From positions 37,324,001 through 37,388,000 of the forward strand of contig OX597840.1 of assembly GCA_951406725.2 (NCBI GenBank): a stretch of DNA of 64,000 nucleotides. The letters are read 5' to 3'. Positions 54,860 to 64,000 of the stretch are shown in pieces (positions within the stretch are counted from its first letter, which is position 1; the number at the start of each line of letters is the position of its first letter). The translations under genes were made by a program, and so were the position numbers. The DNA comes from Octopus vulgaris (Eukaryota). The notes below the pieces were generated by a model, which saw nothing but the letters and a program-made list of their open reading frames with translations, had not been told where the DNA came from and did not search any database.

Positions 54860-56888
54860 TAATATTAGGTAATATTAGTTGAATATTATTGTTATTATTG
54901 GTATCGTCATTGTTGTTGTTAAGCCAGAGCAATGGTAAAATCATTCGAATGTCGGAAAAATGCCTTGCATCACTTTACGTTCTCATTTCACACGCCGTAG
55001 CGTGGAATTTGCCCTTCATCATTCGGGGGTGCGATAAAATTAGTTACTAATCCAGTTCTGGTGTAGGTAATATCCACTACCCCCGTCCTCTCAAGCTCCC
55101 TTGCCGTGTAAGGAAATTGGAAAACATAATTCACGCTTCTGCTTTTGTAACTTCTCTTTCATATCTCGGATGACCGGATTCTTATAATGAAACCCTGGCC
55201 CTGCTGGAAACATGCTGACCAAGATGAATCTGGTGATTTCTTCCAGTCCTTCATTCAGGAGTCCTAATTCTGCAATGGTCACCGGTAATATTTCGAGAAA
55301 GGGAGAGAGAAAACAACTTATTTCACTGCGTTTCGAAACTAAGCGAAAGTGAATCTGAAATAACAAGAGTTAACTTGGAGTACCGTCAATGGTTCTCAAA
55401 ACGTCCGTTTATCCTTACTTGAAAAGCTCTACATCTTAAAACAAGCTATCTTTATTACTAGCTCTGATATCTTAATAGTCTACGTAATGCGGACCTGGTG
55501 ATTTTTTATAAGACTTTCCATTTTCAGCGCAGCAGTTGCTTCTTTGACTTTTGAATTGGGTTCATAGGGATAGCCAGCGATATCTAAAAATACGGTCGGT
55601 CATCTGGTGGCCGCATCTGTCTACCGGTCCATTTCTGATTATCATCAATCTATCTGTATATCTGTCTGTCTCCACACACACACACATATATATGTATATA
55701 TATATATGAATAAAACATTTAGATGTAAGGTTAGACAATATATTTTTATTCCATGCGTTTACAGTTGTTTCATAAACTGTCTACATGATATCCGCAATTT
55801 TATAAGATATCCCTATGAATATATAAGTACACATAGATATATATATAAAAGTGTGCTGAGAAATTAACTAACGCACTAATCTTCATAACGAGTTATGGTA
55901 GTCCTTACCATCCACTCTACAAAGGAAAACAAGCTGACCAAAAATATATTCCACAGGCGATAAATGGACTCAGGAGGTAACCGGGCTTTATTTTCTTAAA
56001 AGAAAGCAATGGCCTTCGATCAATAAAATTTCAGTGAAAGAAATGGCAGACAAATGCAATACAGTAAAAAACAAAAGAAATCAATAATTTTGAATACGTA
56101 AATAATAAATTGGATTTATGAAAGGAACTGGCTTCCAAGGAATACAGGCGTACTGAGATAGAAGAAAAGTTGACCATTCCAGTATTCATTTAAAAGGAAA
56201 TAAAGAATAAATAAATAATGAATAAGGCATATGATGAGGGAAGGCAATATGGTAAATAAATAAAACAAGAAAATAAATAAGGAAAAATAATGGCAAATAT
56301 TGAGATTAAGCGAGAAGAAAATGAGGATTACAATCTTGAAGGAGGGCAGGGTTTTTTTTTTTTTTTGTATTTTTGAAGAACATTGATATGATATCAGCAA
56401 ACATATATACACAATGTGTGAATAAAGACAAGCACTTTAGCACGCATGTACAGACTGTCATATGAGATAATTGACAAGCACGTTCATTAATATTATACTT
56501 ATATAGTACTTAACAAGCAGGTTAATTTTCTTTCCGGCTGCTCATCAGGAATTGGTCTAGAAAACATGTTCGATTACGCATCATTGAAGCAATTAATAAA
56601 TTAGATGCACCTACGAGATTGGAAGAATAAAATGCGTTTTTTTCTCCCTCTCCGTCTCTAAATGGTTTCAAAGCATCACACTTTGGTATGACATTTCGAT
56701 TTAATTGCTTGTTATGCAAGTGTCTCTAATTCACATCTCTTCAGAACCCAGAACTTCTGAATTGGAACAAGGTTAAATAGCGAGTGTCTTTGAACAGGTA
56801 TCACAACTTACTTTTACAATGGCCTGTATTATCTTCATTTTCTTCGTGTGGAATACATTTACACACACGTGTGTGTGTGTGTGTGTAT

Positions 56889-56938
<50 letters not shown>

Positions 56939-56944
<6 letters not shown>

Positions 56945-57508
56945 TATATAGAGGACATTATTACATATAAATGCCTCACACTAAGAGGGACATAAGTCAT
57001 TACTACCAAAAATTTCACTAATCATACTCAATGAAGTTTTTCAAAGCAAGACATTTAAAAAATGAATTTAGTCCTATATCACCTGTGATTTCGCACTTAC
57101 CGCATAAAAAATGCGTCTATGCTCATCGGTAGAACTGATTCTGAACACATCATAAATAAACGACCAACACCGTCGAAGTCGAACAGGCAACTGCTCTCTC
57201 CGGCGACACACATGGAGATGTTTATAAATCATATATTCGGTAAATGGCGGGCTTTTTCGAACTGCATTTCGGATAGCAAAAGTTTTTTCTGAATAAATTT
57301 AACAATTAAGGATAACTTCTTAATAAGGAATCTTAACAAGAAATTATCAGGTAGTTAGCGTGAAAGACCTCATAAGAGAAAAAATTCGAAAGTAATGTTT
57401 TTTCTTTAGAACATATTAATTTATATTATATAGAGGGCATTATTACATATAAATGCCTCACACTAAGAGGGACATAAGTCATTACTACCAAAAATTTCAC
57501 TAATCATA
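56939..57508 (-). mobile_element. 482-bp-period element with 88-bp direct terminal repeats and an internal hammerhead-like motif (retrozyme/pLTR-like)
   Basis: 56939-57026 equals 57421-57508 with one mismatch; (TA)n flanks; no ORF. Confidence 0.8.
57070..57136 (-). ncRNA. Type I hammerhead-ribozyme-like motif (CCGAUGA core)
   Basis: AGUUCUA-CCGAUGA-GCAU[AGA CGCAU UUUUU AUGCG GUAA]GUGC-GAAA-UCAC AG GUGA-UA-UAGGACU: 7-bp stem I, extended stem II, stem III, triplet AUA. Confidence 0.7.
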
Positions 57509-57521
57509 TATATGTATGTAG

Positions 57522-57555
<34 letters not shown>

Positions 57556-57715
57556 ATGTATGTAGATATATATATATATATAAATATGTATGTATGTATA
57601 TATATATATCGATATACATACACACACACATATATATCTATACACACACACACATATATATATATCTATACACACACACACACACACACACAAATATATA
57701 TATATATATATATAA

Positions 57716-57944
57716 GGCGGCGAGCTGGTAGAAACGTTAGCACGCCGGCCGAAATTCGTAGCCGTATTTCGTCTGTCGTTACGTTCCGAGTTCAAATTCC
57801 GCCGAGGTCGACTTTGCCTTTCATCCTTTCGGGGTCGATAAATTAAGTACCAGTTACGCACTGGGGTCGATGTAGTTGACTTAATCCCTTTGTCTGTCCT
57901 TGTTTGTCCCCTCTGTGTTTAGCCCCTTGTGGGTAGTAAAGAAA
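57716..57944 (+). mobile_element. SINE family A monomer, reference copy
   Basis: tRNA-like head with A-box TGGTAGAAACG and B-box GAGTTCAAATTCC, central GTCGACTTTGCCTTTCATCCTTTCGGGGTCGATAAA domain, type-1 tail; inserted in (TA)n. Further degenerate copies at about 22800, 23700, 35850, 46200, 53120 and 54910. Confidence 0.95.
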
Positions 57945-57981
57945 TATATATATATATATATATACGTGTATGTATGTGAAC

Positions 57982-58029
<48 letters not shown>

Positions 58030-58237
58030 ATGTGAACGTGTGTCCCATTTGCCACGCTCGTAGCTGCAAGTAGAACAGACTGCTTTACGTTTGCGAGCGA
58101 GATCAATATTAATAATACATGGATAACGTAGTGAAACTAAATGTGGCAAAATCTAGGCTTTTAATAAATTACTAAAACACAGGTAAAGCATGTAATATGT
58201 TGAAAACACCATGGGAGACATAGTAAGCATCCCAATT

Positions 58238-58250
58238 ACATATATATATA

Positions 58251-58334
<84 letters not shown>

Positions 58335-58836
58335 TCATATATATATTATATATATTCATATACATATATATAATCATATACATATTCATATACATATATA
58401 TATTCATATACATATATATATTCATATATATATATATATATTCATATATATATAATATATTCATATATATATAATATATACATATATATATAATATATAC
58501 ATATATATACATATATATATACATATATAATATATACATATATATATTATATACATATATATATTCATATATACATATATATAATATATATATATACATA
58601 TACATATATATAATATATATTTATACATATACATATAATATATATTTATACATATACATATATATATAATATATATATACATATACATATATATATAATA
58701 TATATTTATATATATATATACATATATATATAATATATATTTATATATAACATTCATATACATATATATATAATATATATTTATATATATGCATATATAT
58801 TCATATATATATATATACATATGCATATATATATTC

Positions 58837-58867
<31 letters not shown>

Positions 58868-59199
58868 CATACACGCATATATATATATATACATACACGC
58901 ATATATATATTCATATATATATACATATGCATATATATATATATATATATACATACACGCATATATATATTTATATATATATACATACACACATATATAT
59001 TTTATATATATATATATACATACACACATATATATATTTATATATATATATACATACACATATATTTATATATATATATACATACACACATATTTATATA
59101 TATATATACATACACATATATATATACATACACACACACACACATATATATATATATATTCATATACACACACATATATATAAAAGCATACTCATATAT

Positions 59200-59239
<40 letters not shown>

Positions 59240-59292
59240 ACATATTTACATATCTATATAAATATACATATACGTATATATATATATATATG
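58238..59292. repeat. ~1 kb (TA)n/(CATA)n degenerate satellite
   Basis: Directly visible. Confidence 0.96.
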
Positions 59293-59844
59293 TTATTAAG
59301 TGTTTATATCTATAGACAGAGACATGCACATCCTTATATATGTACATGTGTGTGTTTGTGTGAACGTGTGTCTGTGTGTGTGAGTGTGTATAAATGCCAA
59401 TTATATTAATAAGCAAATATCAGCATATTCCTACATAATGCATGGGAAAATAATTGCTTAAAATACACCAACATCTTCTCCACACACTTCTCTGTTCCTT
59501 GCTATGTGTTTCAATATTCACTTCGCAATCTAATTATGGATATTGCTGCACAAGGAATGAACCGCTTGGGTAATTTAATAGAGAATACGATTTAAATAGT
59601 AAAGCATTTCCATAGACGAGTATTTCTTAAATCGGAAATCTGAGGTCGTGTTAGGAATGAAGGAATTTATCATGATAATCACCCTAAAGTCATGTTTCTC
59701 TCCAAATTTCGAGAAAAAATCTACAACTACGTGACTGGATGTATGCAACATAATATATGCACGCATGTTTAAATGTATATATAAAAACAGGATGCGGTAT
59801 CTATGTTCCAATATTTTCATGCGTGTATACAAAAACAAACAAAC

Positions 59845-59866
59845 AGATAGATAGATAAATAGATAG

Positions 59867-59897
<31 letters not shown>

Positions 59898-59990
59898 GAT
59901 AAATAAATAAATAAATAAATAGATAGATAGATAGATAAATAAACAAATAAATAGATACATAGATAAATAGATAGATAGATAGATAGAGAA

Positions 59991-60023
<33 letters not shown>

Positions 60024-60049
60024 GATAGATAGATAGATAAATAGATAGT

Positions 60050-60085
<36 letters not shown>

Positions 60086-60087
60086 CA
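59845..60087. repeat. (GATA)n/(AATA)n microsatellite
   Basis: Directly visible. Confidence 0.96.
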
Positions 60088-60337
60088 AATGGATATATAG
60101 CTTGATGCTCCATTCGTGTGTGTATAATATTGATATATAATACAAATATCTCAATTCATGAACTGAGAATTTATAAACAAATAAATGATATAAATTTGAA
60201 AACCTGTTGATAATGTGTGTGTGTGTGTGTGTAGTTGCACGTGCGCGTGTGTATGTGTGCACACACACACACCTCTCCCATGGCAGCATGAATGCGTTCA
60301 TAGATCTATTTGTGTATATAATTTAAATAAATATATA

Positions 60338-60599
60338 AGGCCCAGTGGTCAGGATATGACTTGTTAGGTCGTGGTTTCAATTCTTAGAACGGGTGGTGCC
60401 TTGTTTTATTGAGCAAAACACTTCAACTCGCATTAATCTGCGATCACTTCACGCGTGGCACACAGTGCACCTGCTCAGACAACGTGGATTTGAGAAGGAG
60501 CCAACATGCGGCACGAACGTTTGATCAATGACAAAATCATTTCTGCACGTCCTTCAGCAAAAAACTCCACGCTCTTACGTTGTCTTCGACTGGGAGGTC

Positions 60600-60600
<1 letters not shown>
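60338..60600 (+). mobile_element. SINE family C, second copy
   Basis: Collinear similarity with 34236-34525. Confidence 0.65.
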
Positions 60601-60649
<49 letters not shown>

Positions 60650-60651
<2 letters not shown>

Positions 60652-60830
60652 ACGAAGGCAGGTGGAGTACAAACAAACAAATGTATTAGTGTGGCGCTCG
60701 GGAATAGAAATAGAACAAGTATTTTACGTTTAGAGCCTACCCTCTTCGACAGAAAGATACACAGAAAAAAACAAGGAGAGAAAAAAATGCGTTTTGGTGC
60801 TAACGATCTATCATGGCGTCCTGACTTCGG
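60650..60830 (-). mobile_element. Family H short repeat with decayed hammerhead-like motif (CUGUCGA)
   Basis: Homologous to 24760-24930; motif 60722-60756 has GAAA mutated to UAAA; (TA)n on the left. Confidence 0.72.
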
Positions 60831-61104
60831 ACAGTGGTCAGACGTGAGGGGGACAGTAGGGGAGGTAACAGGGTCAAGTGTCTTCCAATACGAAGGTGCC
60901 CCCAACACAAAGGTGCGTGTGTGTATAAGAGAGTATGTATGTGCGTGTGAAAGGGCTGGTGGTCTGGACGTGTGTGTGTATGTATGTGTGGGTGTGGAGA
61001 TGTGGGGGTGGGCGGTGTGTTGTGATGTGATATGTGTATGTATTTCCTACCCACCTATATACGCCCCTAATCAAATATTTACCAAGTCACATGCATACAT
61101 ATAC

Positions 61105-61270
61105 ACCTGCATATGGTTCTGTGATAAGAAGCTTGCTTGCTTGCCAAACTCATGATTCCGCGTTCAGCTCCACTCCGTGACACCTTGAGCAAGTGCCTTC
61201 TATTGTAGCCTCGAGCTGACCAAAGCCTTGTTCCTGTATTTGGTCGACGGAAACTGAAATAAGCTCGTTG
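61105..61270 (+). mobile_element. SINE family B, 5' half
   Basis: GAAGCTTGCTT, GTGACACCTTGAGCAAGTG (CORE-like), GACGGAAACTGAAA. Confidence 0.85.
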
Positions 61271-61292
61271 GATGTATGTGTATATATATATG

Positions 61293-61329
<37 letters not shown>

Positions 61330-61335
<6 letters not shown>

Positions 61336-62030
61336 AAACTTTATATATAAAGAACGTGAAATACACGAAGTGACGAACACAGAAAACAGACAAGTCATTC
61401 GAAGCCTTCATTCTTCAGTCAGAAACCGAATCATCATGGCAAATTTCGGCTGTTTAATTCTGAGATGTGCTCCAAATCGGCCAGCCCCAAGGAAAATCTA
61501 AGATGTGGGCATTCGATTTCTTTGGTAGAAGGAAAGAATGTAAACGCAACGGAGACGAATATGAAAACAAGAAACGAAGACAAAATTGGAAACAGTAACG
61601 GTTAAAAACAAGAATGACAAGGGGCGTCTTACGACTTTGAGACAAAATGAGAAAAGAACAATTGATCAGCAAGCGTGGAAAACAATTACCTTTTCGGTAG
61701 AGGGGACACGTGTGGAACAAGAGGCTATCGCCAACGGAATGGCTTAGAAGCAGCAGGTTGCAAGAGGGTGAGAGAGAGAAGAGGGTAAGAGAGAGAGAGA
61801 CAGAGAGAGAGGGGATTAAGGAGGGTGGAAGGCAGAGGACAGAAGCAATGACCAAGAGAGAGAGAGAGAAAGAAGGAATTAAAGAGGATGGGAGGAAGAG
61901 GCGCCAAAATACCTTGGTGAAGAAGCAATGGCGGATGGGAAAGAGAAAGTATATAAAGAAGTCGTGCAAGGGTGGAGATATGACAAACGTAAAGGGATTT
62001 TGTGCACGTACGCTGCGATAATATAGAATA
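61330..62030 (-). mobile_element. Unclassified repeat inserted in (TA)n, related to 14607-14712
   Basis: AAAATCTAAG....GCATT..AT.CTTTGG is shared with 14680-14711. The minus strand has a GGCTG...CAGCC-GAAA hairpin. Confidence 0.45.
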
Positions 62031-64000
62031 TATATGTATGTATGTATGTATGTGTGTGTGTGTGTGTGTAGAAAGGAACCAACTGACTGAACGGCAGCGA
62101 GACAAATACGGATTTATATATTCATGAACATACACCGTTCGTCAATATGCGTTCGTCAATATGCATTGATATTTATTTCATTTACAAACCTACCTATGTA
62201 CGCAAAACAAATTTAGACATGGAATTATTTTGGTAGATTCTTTGAGACTGACGAAGTGGTGGAGTAAAGAAAAACAAATAAACTACTGATGCGATATCTT
62301 CTGATCAATGTTGCATGTGTCGCTATGAAAGTGGAACGAGTTATACGTATGCCAGGAAAGTGAGTGTTGTCCACCAGACGAATGGACACCGTCTCTGTAT
62401 CGAATCGCCTTCACAAGCCTTGGGATCGTATCATGGTTGTTTTAAAAGGCACATGGAATTATTTTCGATGGTGATGTGATCCAGAATATCACTGATAAGA
62501 GATGAATGATGCAGGCATCATCATCTTATTTTAGTATCGAGGGAGATTCGGCAATTATTTCTAGCAGGCTCAGTGGCCACGTATAGGTCCCACCAATGCT
62601 TCATTGGACAGAACACGTGGCTATTTTTGACACCCTTGGCTTATTGTATGGTGATGATTAGCTGCAACCTTTCTTTGCATTCGATGTAAATATTTGTCTC
62701 AAGCCTAGCTGGGTTTATCCACCTTACCACCTCTATAGGAGTTCCATAAGGATTGTCATTATGTCTAAATTCGATGCCGGGTCGCTAGCCTTTGATGAAT
62801 TTGGAATTGAAGGCCACGTCCTTTTGAGTACTACTCTATGATATATACATATATATATATATATACTTAGCTTATTTTTTCCTCAACCACACTCTATATA
62901 TGAGAGAGAAAGAGAGAGAGAGAGGGAGAATATATAATTTAAAAGAATCTGATTCGGCCCCATGTGCCTTAAAGATTCGTAGGCTTCTTACAGAGACTTA
63001 GCCCCTTCAAGATCGGTTACCTCTGCACACACAAACACACACACACAAAAGAAGTAAATAAACACCCCACAAAACATCTTTTTATGTTTATTTCGATTTG
63101 CAAACATTTCTATATATTTTTTTATTAATTGACATCTTTAGATTTTAGGTTCTATATGTAACTGTTTAATCACTCCATGTAGAAAAGAAGACTTGGAACC
63201 ATCCGAATCACATTCACAGTTATTTCTCTTAAGGGGAAATATAAGAGATTGATTCCATTTGTCGTGCGAACTCCGTACATCGACAACTCAGTTGAAGAGT
63301 TGGTGAGGCCAGTACGTGGTCACTCAACCTGCTAAAAATAACAGCTAAATCTTCCTAATGTCTGAAAATATGAAAACGCTGTATGAATGATAGATATTTT
63401 ATCGCTGATACTGTGGATCGCGTCTCCATCTTCAAAACCACCAACAACAACAACAAAGGCAACGACAGTTAAACCGTTGAAATGATAGATAACAAAAGTT
63501 TTAAGAAGAGCTTAAAAGTTTAAATTGAAGAAACTGGGTCCAATTCATTTCTGATTAATGACCATTTCGCTTTTAAATAGCATCGATCACACATCTTCGT
63601 TTAGTCAAGATAAAATTGAAAGAAATGTTTTAGAATTCGCAAGATTGGAAGTTTCATTGAAGAGATACAACATACGTCAAGATATCTTCACTGACCAAAG
63701 ACGCTCTCAGAGGGTGAAATAAATGTATCGGTATATAAATATATCGGTTGAGTGTTTTCTTAAATTATTGATATTACACTCTGCGAGAGTTGCGATTTAC
63801 AGAAGAAGGATTTATTGCTAGACTTACGTAACTGGAAAAAGCTACCAATATTTCTTGGTAATTATTCTCCTGCGAAAATATATTACACCAACAGGAAAAT
63901 ATATATAGACTTACTTGAATACACTCAGGCACACAAACACACAGTCATATTCACAATACATACCTATAACTATATATATATGTGTGTGTGCGTGTGTGTG

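Noticed and set aside
55091-55366. 91-aa non-repetitive ORF, possible exon
   Set aside because: No recognisable motif and no convincing splice donor; cannot be supported without a homology search.
57805-57840. Hammerhead inside SINE family A (GAAAGGATGAAAGG on the minus strand)
   Set aside because: The order and stems do not fit hammerhead topology; it is the conserved SINE central domain.
61400-61500. Hammerhead in the 61330-62030 repeat (GGCTG...CAGCC-GAAA; CTGAAGA)
   Set aside because: The core boxes are not in the right order and no stems I or III could be built.

Overview
This is AT-rich, microsatellite-saturated metazoan DNA with no supportable host protein-coding gene. Almost every ORF in the track is a translation of simple repeats or of SINE sequence. 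The repeat content (tRNA-derived SINEs including CORE-like families, extreme TA/CA/GA/AAT tracts) suggests an octopus or other cephalopod intron or intergenic region; this is inference from recall, not a database result. Supportable content: (1) three or more SINE families, one forming 184-bp head-to-tail multimers; (2) a nest of R4/Dong-like REL-endonuclease LINE 3' ends in the (AAT)n-rich zone at about 4.6-12.6 kb, including a near-identical inverted pair; (3) RTE, Penelope-like (YRDD), Tc1/mariner and Helitron-like relics. The most interesting signal is several unrelated short non-coding elements, mostly embedded in (TA)n, that fold into Type I hammerhead-ribozyme-like motifs with non-canonical cores (CCGAUGA twice, CUGUNGA three times). 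They occur in direct-repeat or inverted-repeat arrangements typical of Penelope pseudo-LTRs and retrozymes. All folds were done by eye and ribozyme activity is untested.
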